Shown here: one piece after another, positions 1-13,167 of the stretch | How positions within the stretch are numbered: position 1 is the stretch's first letter | Layout of the letters: every line of letters starts with the position of its first letter | From: Macrostomum hystrix | Taxonomy: Eukaryota; Animalia; Platyhelminthes | Assembly: GCA_950097015.1 (NCBI GenBank) | Contig: CATNEN010000038.1 | Coordinates: forward strand, 8,804,001 to 8,868,000 | Length of the DNA: 64,000 nucleotides | Direction of reading: 5' to 3' | The notes under the pieces: generated by a model | What the model saw: the letters and a program-made list of their open reading frames with translations, nothing else | Told to the model about the DNA's origin: nothing | Database searches by the model: none | Translations under genes and position numbers: made by a program

Positions 1-765
1 AATACCCACCTCACCTGCCTAAATACCTGCCCCACCTGCTTAAATACCCACCTCACCTGCCCCACCTGCTTAAATACCCACCTCACCTGCCTAAATACCT
101 GCCCCACCTGCTTAAATACCCACCTCACCTGCCTAAATACCTGCCCCACCTGCTTAAATACCCACCTCACCTGCCTAAATACCTGCCCCACCTGCTTAAA
201 TACCCACCTCACCTGCCTAAACACCTGCCCCACCTGCTTAAATACCCACCTCACCTGCCTAAATACCTGCCCCACCTGCTTAAATACCCACCTCACCTGC
301 CTAAATACCTGCCCCACCTGCTTAAATACCCACCTCACCTGCCTAAATACCTGCCCCACCTGCTTAAATACCCACCTCACCTGCCTAAACACCTGCCCCA
401 CCTGCTTAAATACCCACCTCACCTGCCTAAATACCTGCCCCACCTGCTTAAATACCCACCTCACCTGCCTAAACACCTGCCCCACCTGCTTAAATACCCA
501 CCTCACCTGCCTAAATACCTGCCCCACCTGCTTAAATACCCACCTCACCTGCCTAAATACCTGCCCCACCTGCTTAAATACCCACCTCACCTGCCTAAAT
601 ACCTGCCCCACCTGCTTAAATACCCACCTCACCTGCCTAAACACCTGCCCCACCTGCTTAAATACCCACCTCACCTGCCTAAATACCTGCCCCACCTGCT
701 TAAATACCCACCTCACCTGCCTAAATACCTGCCCCACCTGCTTAAATACCCACCTCACCTGCCGC
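1..765. repeat. Minisatellite, 42-bp unit (aatacccacctcacctgcctaaatacctgccccacctgctta), runs off the window start
   Basis: Direct tandem periodicity of 42 bp, near-identical copies. Confidence 0.97.
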
Positions 766-890
766 AACTGCCTAAATACCTGCAGTACCTGCTTATTACG
801 TATGGATGCCTCACCTGTCAATTGTGTATCTGACCCACAAGAGATCTTATCTAACTGTTATTAAACAGGGATTATTTTTCCATCATTTAC

Positions 891-1763
891 CTAGTGACAG
901 ACGCCAGCCGTTTGAGCAGTCTCAGCATGAGCATATTAGACTGTTCCCGTTTTTTCTGCAGCTCGTAATCTGACAGGGCTGGAATCGGCTGGTGGGCTGC
1001 CTGAAATGGCAGCCGTTGCAAGTCAACGGGAAAGTGCCGGCTGGCTAAAAATTTAGGCAGGACATCCGGCTGCGGTAGCGGCTGATCCAGTGCCATGCTG
1101 AGCAGCAGTTCCACTCGACTGTGCAGCCATTCCACGCTGCTGCCAATGGAGGCTCCGTTTTCTTCGCCTTTAGCTAGGTGGGCCTGCGAACGGCGGCGGC
1201 TGCGGAGTGGGCGGCGATTCTTCTGTGAGGTTCTAGCAGCCAATGGGAGCTTCGTAAGTTGTAAGTATAGGGACGAGTGTGCATGAAGAGGCTGTAAGTG
1301 AGGGCCAGGTGTACATGAAGAGGCAGTAGGTGAGGGGCGGATGTAATTGAAAAGGCTGTAAGTGAGGTGCGGATGTACACGAAGAGGCTGTCAGTAGGGG
1401 GCGGATGTACATGAAGAGGCTGTAAGTGAGGGGCGGATGTACATGAAGAGGCTGTAAGTGAGGGGCGGATGTACATGAAGAGGCTGTAAGTGAGGGCCGG
1501 GTGTACATGAAGAGGCTGTAAGTGAGGGCCGGGTGTACATGAAGATGCTGTAAGTGAAGGGCGGATGTACATGAAGAGGCTGTAAGTGAAGGGCGGATGT
1601 ACATGAAGAGGCTGTAAGTGAGGGCCGGGTGTACATGAAGAGGCTGTAAGTGAAGGGCGGCTTTACAAAATAGGCTGTCAGCGATTGGTCAATGAAAATG
1701 CCAACCAGCAAGCCAGGCCGAGTCTCACCTGAAATTATTGCACAGGCCGCAGCTCGCAGACAT
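891..1763 (-). CDS. Hypothetical protein, first two exons (MSASCGLCNNFR|TSQKNRRPLRS...); may continue off-window
   Basis: Exon 1797-1729 (acceptor tttccag, ATG 1763, donor AG|GTGAGA) joins in frame to exon 1232-891 (acceptor ctgctag, donor AG|GTAAA). No family recognised. Confidence 0.55.
1278..1662. repeat. Intronic minisatellite, 32-bp unit (gtacatgaagaggctgtaagtgagggccgggt)
   Basis: Tandem periodicity; explains overlapping repetitive ORFs 1174-1711. Confidence 0.95.
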
Positions 1764-2049
1764 TTGGACCCCAGTCGCAGCAGCAGAGAAGTCAGGACTG
1801 GAAATTATTTGGAGGAAAGAATTGCGCCTCAATTTACGAACATCAGAAAGTAACCGAAGAAAAAATGATAAAGTAGGTATCACAGCCAGTACCAGTATAT
1901 GAGTACGCTGCTAAACCCACCCGAATCTCTAACCCCGCTATATGTCGGAACCGATTCTTATCATTTTTCTATTGGGTTGAGATTCGAACTCCCGAACCTC
2001 TCTTAGCGGGAAGTGTGAAATTATAATTACAAGGTCCTTGGTTAATATA

Positions 2050-2361
2050 ACTAACAATAATAATTATAATAAGCGATAATACCTGCCCCAATCGGGCCCC
2101 ATGTGCAGCTGACAGCACAGCCGCAGCTATTGCGTGGCGCACCTGAAGGCTGCGTACGGCTGTTCAGTCCATGGACTGTGGGTTCGCCACACCCACCCTC
2201 AATTCCCCCAGCTGATGCTGCTACCCATTTAACAGCTGGGTGAACTGAAGCAATGCAGTGTTAAAGGAAAAGAGTTAAAGGTTAATTGTTCAGTCGAGTC
2301 GGGAATCGAACCCTTGACGTTCGAGTCATGAGTCCGACACCCTAAACACTAGGCTACAATC
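2050..2361 (-). mobile_element. tRNA-derived SINE, family A (CORE-like)
   Basis: Reverse complement gives A box (tagcctagtgtttagg) and B box (ggttcgattcc); body matches the copy at 27311-27630; TTA-rich tail. Confidence 0.85.
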
Positions 2362-2822
2362 TATAACTAACAAGCGAACACAACCAACAGATCTAGCTAG
2401 AACTGGTATGCTACTCTATAAGGTCAACCAGTCAAAAAATTAAGTAACGCGCAACAAATTTAAATTAACAAATTAACTTATTTATTTCATTTAGTACTAT
2501 TATTTCAAGTTACGAAATTAGCTAATAAAATTGTGTTGACGCAACAAAGCTGTTACAATGTTCAAATGCGTTTAATTGAGTATTTTATGAGATTTTTTAG
2601 AAATGCAGTTAGTTGAAAAAATTAATGGGAATAAACTTGCTTTGAGTGGGTTTAAAACATGATCAGCAGAATACAATTTTTTATCGTAATGCCTTCTGCG
2701 CAACGGCGCAAGTAACTATAGCTGGGAAATTATTAGCACAATGACTCGTCATATAATTATTTACGAATGCTTGAAACTACGACAAGAACGCGAACTGTTG
2801 TTTTAAATGCCTGTTTGGCAGG

Positions 2823-3360
2823 TCAGGGCTTCAAGTAGAATGCCTGGCTACCGTTGCAGATCTCGACGGCCTTGTTGTAGACTTCCATGTCAAAGTTCTC
2901 AATGTTGTCCCTGTCGAATAGTACAATATGGCTCACAGCGATCTCCTTGTCCGAGGTGGCCGTGCCGAGCACCTCCACGACTGTGCCGGGCTCGACGAAG
3001 AAGTCACGTGACAGGGCGGCTCGGACCTGCGCGGTATTGGTTTGGATATGAAGAACCGCATTTGCAATCCCATTCTCGCTAAATATTATCATATTATCCC
3101 AAACTCCCTCCTTTCTCCCCAATCTAACTATTCTCCCCAATCTCACTCCATTTTCCCTAATCTCACTCCATTCTTTCCAGCCTGACCTGCAGGGAGTCCG
3201 CGGCCTCCACCAGTAGGCTGCTGGCAGTCGGGCAGCTCAGCACTCGGCCCAGCAGACAGACGCCGTCGCCCTGTCGCTGCGCCAGGAGGCGCCCGTTGAC
3301 GCGAGGCCTAGCCCGCAGATGATCATCGGCCGAGTCAACGTCCATCAAGCTGGTGTTCAT
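2823..3360 (-). CDS. RPA3: Replication protein A 14-kDa subunit; exons 3360-3187, 3026-2823
   Basis: RPRVNGRLLAQ..VCLLGRV, VVEVLG and FDMEVYNKAVEI match the RPA14 OB-fold pattern; phase-0 GT-AG intron of 160 bp. Confidence 0.9.
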
Positions 3361-3431
3361 GGCTGCGGGTTCGAAGCGAAAGTGACTAGCGAGGTTAGAA
3401 AATGACTAGTTGACAAGCCGTTGTCAAATCT

Positions 3432-4200
3432 GCTTCTCACACCTGCCTGTCATCTCTCACCTCACCTACTTCTCACTCCTGCCTGTCACCTCTCACCTCA
3501 CCTACTTCTCACTCCTGCCTGTCACCTCTCACCTCACCTACTTCTCACACCTGCCTGTCACCTCTCACCTCACCTACTTCTCACTCCTGCCTGTCACCTC
3601 TCACCTCACCTACTTCTCACACCTGCCTGTCACCTCTCACCTCACCTACTTCTCACTCCTGCCTGTCACCTCTCACCTCACCTACTTCTCACTCCTGCCT
3701 GTCACCTCTCACCTCACCTACTTCTCACACCTGCCTGTCACCTCTCACCTCACCTACTTCTCACACCTGCCTGTCACCTCTCACCTCACCTACTTCTCAC
3801 TCCTGCCTGTCACCTCTCACCTCACCTACTTCTCACTCCTGCCTGTCACCTCTCACCTCACCTACTTCTCACTCCTGCCTGTCACCTCTCACCTCACCTA
3901 CTTCTCACACCTGCCTGTCACCTCTCACCTCACCTACTTCTCACTCCTGCCTGTCACCTCTCACCTCACCTACTTCTCACTCCTGCCTGTCACCTCTCAC
4001 CTCACCTACTTCTCACTCCTGCCTGTCACCTCTCACCTCACCTACTTCTCACTCCTGCCTGTCACCTCTCACCTCACCTACTTCTCACACCTGCCTGTCA
4101 CCTCTCACCTCACCTACTTCTCACACCTGCCTGTCACCTCTCACCTCACCTACTTCTCACACCTGCCTGTCACCTCTCACCTCACTTACTTCTCACACCA
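3432..4200. repeat. Minisatellite, 36-bp unit (cacctctcacctcacctacttctcactcctgcctgt)
   Basis: Tandem periodicity; lies just upstream of RPA3. Confidence 0.97.
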
Positions 4201-4777
4201 TCAATAAGCCACCTCTCATCTCACCTTTCTATGTCCAAAGCTTTTAACGGGAATCCAAAAAACAATGAGTTTGCGATTTTAAAGAATGGCGTGCCGTATC
4301 TCAATTTCATGTATTTTAGCACTGCTGCGCTTAAAAAGTACATAATAATGCGTTATAAATAAATAGAAATTATAAAATGGAAACGCGCGCACAAAATTTG
4401 GTGCACTAGACTTAAAAGCAATAAAATTAGCAAATGACCAGTTAGAAAGAAAGATAGATAAACTATGACTAGGCAGCTACAGCTAACAACATCTAAAGAA
4501 GATAATCTAAAAGAAATATAACCAAAAGCAAAACTTGCACTGCAGCGTTGATCATGGCCAAACAAGACAACTGATAGTAAATTATTAACAGCTTGTCAAT
4601 CTGCCAGCAGTCATTTACTCATAGAAAAAAAATACATCAACTTCAGTCTTCTCAAAGCATCACCTTCACTTTCATAGTTTAAAAAATCCGCATGCAACGA
4701 TTTCATAATCTGAACCCTAACTTCTAAGAAATAAAAAAATCTCATCTGGATTTCCTTGATCTCTAAATCACACTCAG

Positions 4778-5960
4778 ACTCCAATGAACTCAAGATCTCA
4801 CCTATGACTCCATGAACTCAAGATCTCACCTATGACTCCATGAACTCAAGATCTCACCTATGACTCCAATGAACTCAAGATCTCACCTATGACTCCATGA
4901 ACTCAAGATCTCACCTATGACTCCATGAACTCAAGATCTCACCTATGACTCCATGAACTCAAGATCTCACCTATGACTCCATGAACTCAAGATCTCACCT
5001 ATGACTCCATGAACTCAAGATCTCACCTATGACTCCAATGAACTCAAGATCTCACCTATGACTCCATGAACTCAAGATCTCACCTATGACTCCAATGAAC
5101 TCAAGATCTCACCTATGACTCCAATGAACTCAAGATCTCACTTATGACTCCATGAACTCAAGATCTCACCTATGACTCCATGAACTCAAGATCTCACCTA
5201 TGACTCCATGAACTCAAGATCTCACCTATGACTCCAGGAACTCAAGATCTCACCTATGACTCCATGAACTCAAGATCTCACCTATGACTCCAATGAACTC
5301 AAGATCTCACCTATGACTCCAGGAACTCAAGATCTCACCTATGACTCCATGAACTCAAGATCTCACCTATGACTCCATGAACTCAAGATCTCACCTATGA
5401 CTCCATGAACTCAAGATCTCACCTATGACTCCAATGAACTCAAGATCTCACCTATGACTCCATGAACTCAAGATCTCACCTATGACTCCAATGAACTCAA
5501 GATCTCACCTATGACTCCAATGAACTCAAGATCTCACCTATGACTCCATGAACTCAAGATCTCACCTATGACTCCATGAACTCAAGATCTCACCTATGAC
5601 TCCATGAACTCAAGATCTCACCTATGACTCCAGGAACTCAAGATCTCACCTATGACTCCATGAACTCAAGATCTCACCTATGACTCCAATGAACTCAAGA
5701 TCTCACCTATGACTCCAGGAACTCAAGATCTCACCTATGACTCCAGGAACTCAAGATCTCACCTATGACTCCAGGAACTCAAGATCTCACCTATGACTCC
5801 ATGAACTCAAGATCTCACCTATGACTCCAGGAACTCAAGATCTCACCTATGACTCCATGAACTCAAGATCTCACCTATGACTCCAGGAACTCAAGATCTC
5901 ACCTATGACTCCAGGAACTCAAGATCTCACCTATGACTCCAGGAACTCAAGATCTCACAT
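4778..5960. repeat. Minisatellite, 28/29-bp unit (catgaactcaagatctcacctatgactc)
   Basis: Tandem periodicity with catg/caatg/cagg variants. Confidence 0.97.
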
Positions 5961-6477
5961 ATAAATCTATGTCAAAATCTAACTAAGAACTCCATAATTC
6001 AAAAATCTTCCTTTATCTCCGAGTTTTATACCTGACATAGAGTGCTTTAGAAGTCCTAATTTAATTTTACCTAAATAGATTTACCGAAGGAATTGAGTGA
6101 AAAAAACTAGAAGACGGACACAGGGAATAGGCTAAGCGAAGCACGTAATAAAAAAGTATAGAAGAGATTAAAGACAAAAAAGGTTAATCTGACAGCGCAG
6201 TCACAGGCGATTAGTCTTTGCTAACAGTGAGTAAATAAGCGACCGCATTTGTAAAGTAGGGCGTAAGTAAGTCTGTTGTGAAGCATTATTCGGGACTAAA
6301 AAAGGAATGGTTTCAGTGCTGCAAATTAATCTTTGTGGGCACCTTCGTAAAAAAAAATTGTCTACTAGAAGAGCTCAACAGAAAACAAAAAATATGCCAA
6401 TAAACTCGTGACAGTCAGACTGTGAAAGTCAAAACATGCTAACACTGAGAAAAACTGGTATCGGACGGGACAATGTA

Positions 6478-7080
6478 AATTGAGGGCGCTTAGACCTGGG
6501 CTGGAGAGTGTACATTGAGGGCGCTTAGACCTGGGCTGGAGAGTGTACATTGAGGGTGCTTAGACCTGGGCTGGAGAGTGTACATTGAGGGCGCTTAGAC
6601 CTGGGCTGGAGAGTGTACATTGAGGGCGCTTAGACCTGGGCTGGAGAGTGTACATTGAGGGCGCTTAGACCTGGGCTGGAGAGTGTACATTGAGGGTGCT
6701 TAGACCTGGGCTGGAGAGTGTACATTGAGGGCGCTTAGACCTGGGCTGGAGAGTGTACATTGAGGGTGCTTAGACCTGGGCTGGAGAGTGTACATTGAGG
6801 GCGCTTAGACCTGGGCTGGAGAGTGTACATTGAGGGTGCTTAGACCTGGGCTGGAGAGTGTACATTGAGGGCGCTTAGACCTGGGCTGGAGAGTGTACAT
6901 TGAGGGCGCTTAGACCTGGGCTAGAGAGTGTACATTGAGGGCGCTTAGACCTGGGCTGGAGAGTGTACATTGAGGGCGCTTAGACCTGGGCTGGAGAGTG
7001 TACATTGAGGGCGCTTAGACCTGGGCTAGAGAGTGTACATTGAGGGCGCTTAGACCTGGGCTGGAGAGTGTACATTGAGG
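6478..7080. repeat. Minisatellite, 35-bp unit (gtacattgagggcgcttagacctgggctggagagt)
   Basis: Tandem periodicity. Confidence 0.97.
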
Positions 7081-7917
7081 ATGATCCTCGACAAGTTAAG
7101 TAAAAGCCAGAGAAACTAATCAACCTCACTGATTACCGATTTTTTTCAAAGTAAAAACTTTGTAACTTGAAGTATAAACATCAATAAGTAAGTACACAGG
7201 GCAGGCAGAAATAAAAAAATTATATCTTTGAAGAGGAAAAATTGGTTAATACGCTTTGTTATCGGGATTTACTTTATGAGACAGTTGGTGGATAAAGCTA
7301 ACAGAGGTGTATGCAAACATTCTGAGATCTGCACAAACAGCCAAGTGGACAGTAGTTAAAAAGTGGATCGCTGTGGCTAGAAGATACGAACTCCGGACCT
7401 CAGTGGTGTGTGAGGTTATAAGAAAAAGAAATAGGACTAGGACACTACAGAAACTTTCAAGTGTAAAATGACTTTGACTAGAAAAATCGCGCGTACACGT
7501 AAGACGTACGTCGTGCAAAAATGCCGCTTTTAACAAAATAAAGAAATACAAAGAATAAGTGTACATTTAGATTTTTTTAACTGATTGCAAGGTGAATTGG
7601 TTGTGGGAGCATAGCTGCCCGAAATCAGTAAGCAACATGGTTTAGTTATACAATAAGTTACACAACAGCAATACGCAGAGGCTCAAAACAAAATTTCGTG
7701 ACAAAAAAACGAAAATATCTGTGCAGAAATTGAATCTCATAAATAAATTTTGATTCCTAAATGGTTCCGATCTGAACTCAGTTTTATTGGATCTTTCGAA
7801 ACTGTTACTTAATCATACCAAACAATGCTAAAAGTAAAATAAACCTAACTAAACTAAAACACAGTTTGTCACTGGTCTCAATGGTATAAATCGGTTTGTT
7901 AGGCGGGAAGTGCTACG

Positions 7918-8370
7918 GAATGTACATTAGGGGCAGGAGTTCTAAGTGCGGAGGGACTAAAGAATGTACATTAGGGGCAGGAGTTCTAAGTGCGGAGGGA
8001 CTAAAGAATGTACATTAGGGGCAGGAGTTCTAAGTGCGGAGGGACTAAAGAATGTACATTAGGGCAGGCGTTCGGGGTGAGCGGGGCTAGAGAGCGTACA
8101 TTAGGGGCAGGAGTTCCGGGTGAGCGGCGCTAGAGAGCGTACATTAGGGGCAGGAGTTCCGGGTGAGCGGGGCTAGAGAGCGTACATTAGGGGCAGGAGT
8201 TTCGGGTGAGCGGGGCTAGAGAGCGTACATTAGGGGCAGGAGTTCCGGGTGAGCGGCGCTAGAGAGCGTACATTAGGGGCAAGAGTTCCGGGTGAGCGGC
8301 GCTAGAGAGCGTACATTAGGGGCAGGAGTTCCGGGTGAGCGGGGCTAGAGAGCGTACACTAAGGGCAGAA
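7918..8370. repeat. Minisatellite, 43/44-bp units (gtacattaggggcaggagtt...)
   Basis: Two related unit types in tandem. Confidence 0.93.
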
Positions 8371-9180
8371 GTTTTTGGTTCAGGCTTGAGAATTGTACAT
8401 TCGGTAAACTATAAAACTAGTTTTGGTGTAGTTAAAACGAAAATTATTACAAATATTAATTTTAAAAGATGCTATGTACAGAAAATCATTTAAAAGCACG
8501 ATTCACATAAATGTATAAAGGCAGGTGCCAAAAGGACGCTCATAAAACAGCCGAGAAAAGTGTGGTCCGAAAAACGAAAACAGATTACAAATAGCTAATT
8601 ATACGAGTACAAACAGTTCATAATTGTGCGACAATAATTAAAAAATCCAGCAGACAGTTTTAGAAAGAAGAGATTCGTGCAGCAGTGTGACCTCTAGCGC
8701 TAATTAATTAAGCAAAACTAGGTTGCTTTATGAAGTGCCAAGTCGGAGAGCAGGGCATTAGCATAAACACCTAGTAGACACTTTAAAAGTGTTCGCCTGT
8801 CTATACGAGTAAATCGGCATTTGAACTTATAATGCTGTTTCTTTCAGAAACGTAGAAATGAATGTACGATGCAGTTCTAGACAAACTTTCTGTTAACAAA
8901 ATAGTACATTGCAGACGGACATAAAACAGCTAATTAAGTGAAATATTTTAGCATCAAAGCAAAACATCTATTGTAACGCTTCTTAATGTGTGAATATAGA
9001 AGCTATGCGAGATCAGAGAAAGAGAGATAGAGAGAGAGAAGGAAAGAGATGTCGCGGCGCAGTGTTCTAAGGCTCCATTTAAGCAGGTGCACAGTGGAAT
9101 CCCTATAGCAGATAATATGTCAAATTCTGGTGTAGAATGATGCCACTAGCCGACTAGATTTGATGCTCAAACTTGACTCA

Positions 9181-10499
9181 TCACGCTTTAACTCCATCGG
9201 ACTCATCTGAGACAACGGCATCGGCGGTGGCACCTTCGGCAGCATCAGCAGCGCCGCCCTGCCGCTTCGGTGTTGTCGGCAGGAAGGCGGCGGTCTCGGG
9301 CGCTGCAGGAGTTGCAGGCTTGGCGTGGTGACGATGATGATGGTGATGATGGTGATGATGGTGATGCGCGGCAGACGTGGCGGTCACGGTGGATCTGGGC
9401 AGTCCCGCGGCGGCGCCGTCACGGGTCTCGCTGGACGGGCCGCGGCAGCAGTACTTGCGCACTTTAGGCAGCACGAAGGGCAGGCTGCAGAGGGCGGCCA
9501 CCCCGCCGATGCAGCCGAGCACCACCACGTAGAACAGGAAGTTCGGCGCGCTGGCAGCGTAGTCGTCGCAATTGGCCGGATTTTCGTCCGCCTCGTTCGG
9601 ACACTTGGAGTCGCCGCTGCACAGCTGCGAGCAGGGATAGATGGCTCCGGCCGTCGAGTAGCTGGAGTTGCTGTCACGGACATAGTCACAGGTGCAGTAG
9701 CACTGCTGGCTGCAGCCAGGACAGCCGCTGTCTCCAACGGTACCAATGCTGGCAGACGGCGATAGGTCGGCGGCGCCAACCAGAAGGCGGCGGCAGGGGG
9801 CGCAGGCCGGGCGGCACTGGGTGTGCCTGCCGCGGTTCTTCGACGACACCCTGTTGCAGGTGTGCTGCAGCTCGTTGAAGCAGGTGAGCTGCGGTGAGTC
9901 AGGTGGGTGGGTGAATGAGCACTCTTATAGACTCCCATGACCAGCTATCATCAATTTTCCTGAATCCAAGAACATCTGCTTCTGAGCAAGCTCTGGAATG
10001 TATAGCTCACCTGATAGATGCCGTCGATGCCTAGGGCGCTCGGCTTGCGGGCCAGAGCGAACCAGGCGCAGAACAGGTCCGGCTCCTGCGACAGGCACAG
10101 CTGCAGCGCTCGCGCGAGGGTTCGCTCGGCCGGTTTCAGGCGGCGCAGCTCGCGCGCCGCGGCAGCCGATGCGTTTAACTCGCGCCAGATTTTCTGATCC
10201 AGCTGGGCGTCCTTCAGTCGATCGTCGGCGTCCGAAGCCTGCTGCTCCAGCTGACTGGTTGCAGTGGCCGATGATCTATCGGGGCTGGGTGTCAGCTGGC
10301 CCGCCGAGGTCCGCACTGCTGCAGACAGACTAACGGCAGCAGCCAGGGCGGCGCTGTTAACGCTGGCAAAGCTCGTCGGCGCGGAGCTGGCGGCAGCTGC
10401 GGCAGCCTGGAGAGGCTGGCAAACGAGGCAGACGAGGCCGAAGATGCGCACGCTGAAGTAGCCGCTGAAGCTGCTGGTTGCCGACTTGGACGGAGACAT
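9181..10499 (-). CDS. Predicted single-pass membrane protein with a Cys-rich ectodomain, an LDL-receptor class A-like module and a cytoplasmic poly-His tract; exons 10499(or upstream ATG)-10011, 9888-9181
   Basis: Phase-0 join IYQ|LTCFNE; IYPCSQLCSGDSKCPNEADENPANC resembles an LDLa C-terminal half; TM segment FLFYVVVLGCIGGVAALCSLPFVL followed by basic KVRK; start codon uncertain. Confidence 0.7.
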
Positions 10500-11274
10500 T
10501 CTCAGACTCAATTGGATTTTGGCCCTCTTTGAGCAGTGGAATCGATGGAGCTTTGCCACGAAATCTGATTCAATCTTAGCGGAAGCAGCGGCTGAAATTT
10601 GAGAATTTCGGATATTTTCCTGGTCTAAGCATGACAATAGAATCAGACGGTATAATCCTCTACTGTTGCTAAACATCCGACTTGACATTCGCTGGCCAAC
10701 GCTAGTCACTCGGGCAAGAAGGCGCTACGAGCGTATTCTTTTGAATAAAAGTAGATTACAGCAAGGCATACGAAAGAGAAGACTGAGCCGGGAGGAGTGC
10801 AGAGGAGAGAGTGCGAGACAGGCAGCCAATCAATAAAAAGCCATCTGGGCCCCAGCCAGGCACTCCGGGGCTAGGGAGATCGAGCGAGTGACAGCCCAGC
10901 CAGGGAAACCTGCAATTGCATTATCAGCTGCTGGCAACTCCCTATTACCAGGGCCTCTTAAATAAGCCCTGAAGCGAGAGAACGGGCCAGTGGGCCGGTG
11001 TCCTAAACCCTGCCTTCCTGGCTCCAGTAGGTAAGCCTCCCAGCCAACACCACAGGACGACGAGTACTACCGTGCGGGCCAGTAATTACGCCGCTAATTA
11101 GACAGGAAAATGAGAAATAAAAGTGACAAGATTCTTTTTTAGCGAAGCTGTGAGCCTTAGGAAAACATTTCCACGCGGGAATTCCAGCCTTAAATTCAGG
11201 ATCGAATACTGCTTAGTATATATGTGAAGCACAGCTTATTCATGGTGACATTTCAGCTTTCAAATCTTTCTAGG

Positions 11275-11292
11275 TGACGTCAGTCACGTGAC
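11275..11292. promoter_or_regulatory. Abutting CRE-like (TGACGTCA) and CLEAR/E-box (GTCACGTGAC) palindromes
   Basis: Exact motifs in intergenic DNA upstream of the LDLa gene; function inferred. Confidence 0.35.
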
Positions 11293-11877
11293 TTGGATTT
11301 CTTATTGCTAAGAAACTGAACACGACCGTAAAACTTATTTATCAAGTTAAGCTTCGTATTTGTTTAACAGCAATCAGATTATGACCAGCATGAAAGCATA
11401 AACAAATCAAAGTCTGTTAATTATAACGATTGCACCTAATTGTAAGCATATTAAGCATACATCTAGATAAGAGCACCTTCAACAATACTATGTATGCTAT
11501 CTATAATAAAATAGAAAATAAATATACTAGAAATTACACCTAGCCCAGTTGTGCTAAGCTTCAATTCAAAGGTCTTTGTGTACAGCTGCTCAGTCCACGG
11601 ACTGGTGAGGCCGTCACACCAATATTTCTTTAGCAAATTGCTTCCGTTGGGGTGAGAATCGAACTCCTGACCTCTTGACCTGCTACTAGCTATTTAATGT
11701 CATCCTGATCTATATATAAGATCTAGAAAAACAGTAGATAGACCAATATAGAAGGAGAATAGAAGAATAATCTATTGATACTACTGGGCAGTAGGCAATG
11801 GAATAAATAGAAAGACAGCGTCCAGTCTCTATAGATAACAGATAGACCTATATAATCAAATAAGAGAGCATGGTGAG

Positions 11878-13088
11878 TCAATCGGCCTTCTTGGCGTAGT
11901 CTCGTTCGCCAAATATTGTGCTACCAACGCGGACATTGGTGCTGCCCATTCTGATCTGGAATGGTTAGAAAATTTGAGAGCTGTGTTGTAGCCTACTATT
12001 AGTAATTAAGGCGTTAGGACATGTTAAGCTAAATTAAATTAGACAGAAGCGTCCGCTTACAGCCAGTTCAAAATCGGCCGACATGCCCATGCTGAGCTCC
12101 AGCTGCTGAGTCTCATCGCCATCCACAGTCTTCAACGCCTCGGTGACCTCCCGCCTGCACTGAAACAGACGCTCAAAGTCCGCATTCAGCTCGCCAGCGC
12201 CGGCTGGCTGATTTGACGCCTCTAGAGACCCGATGGTCATGAGGCCGGCTAGATTCAGGGCCCGACAGTTTTTAGTCACGTGACTGGCCAGGCTGACAGC
12301 CACCTCTGGCTTACAGCCGTGTTTCTGGTCCTCGCTACTGGTGTTAACCTGGAAATTATAAATACCAAATCTATTTTTAGCACACAGAGAATCCCCTTAC
12401 AATATTTATTTTAGCCGAACAGAGCTCGTGACCTTGAAGCACAGCAAGCAAGCGCCTTGCTATTATGAGAAATTCGTTTCAGGTTTTAATGCTCAGTGCG
12501 GGAGTTTGTAGATCAGTGGTTAGAGCTTCAGGACTTTTGGCCCAGGGGTCAGCCTCCCAGTCCACGGACTGAATAGCTATACAAGGCCTTCTAAAGCCTT
12601 AGAGCGTGCATTATAGGTCAATGTGTCCAAAAAGTGTGTACATTTTGGGCGCAATTGCTCACCTGAATAAAGACTCGCAGCTTTCTGCCTGCCTCGAACG
12701 CGGCAGTCTTTGTCCACTCTTTATGCAACAAGTTGGCCAGCTTCTCCGAGTCGACGGTCTCCACCGTGTCCAAATTGTTGACCTGGGCCAGCCGCCGGGC
12801 ATTCTTGGACTGGCAGTGGCCAATGAAGTGCCAGCGAATGTCGGGGCAGGCAGAGCGGATCTCGTCGCTATGCGATTTTTCGAACAATTCCTGTACATAG
12901 TTCTCGCCAAAGTACCTCTGCCCGGCGGCGTAGGCGGCGACAATGTCGGAGGCCGGTTTGGTCTTCGACACGGCGATGAGGCGCGGCAGAGTCGACGTGG
13001 ACGACGAGCCGCCTAGAGAGGCGACATTGGCGATGCGCTGCAGCACAGACTGCAGGCGGCTGGCAATTTCACTGCTACCGCTGGCCAT
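11878..13088 (-). CDS. PLPBP: Pyridoxal phosphate homeostasis protein (PLPBP/PROSC, YggS family); exons 13088-12663, 12348-12061, 11955-11878
   Basis: LIAVSKTKP, FGENYVQEL, WHFIGHCQS, IQVNTS, GLMTIG, ELSMGMSADFELAI, GSTNVRVGSTIFG; all three exons phase 0 with GT-AG sites. Confidence 0.97.
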
Positions 13089-13167
13089 TCACTTATTAGT
13101 AGTATTGTGGCTGAATCCGCTCAGATACCTGCGGCTTGGAAAGTTAAACTAACAGATTAGGGTTAAA

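Noticed and set aside
11878-13088. Bacterial yggS acquired by horizontal transfer
   Set aside because: Two spliceosomal introns and eukaryotic PROSC-type motifs (GLMTIG, GSTNVRVGSTIFG); the family is universal
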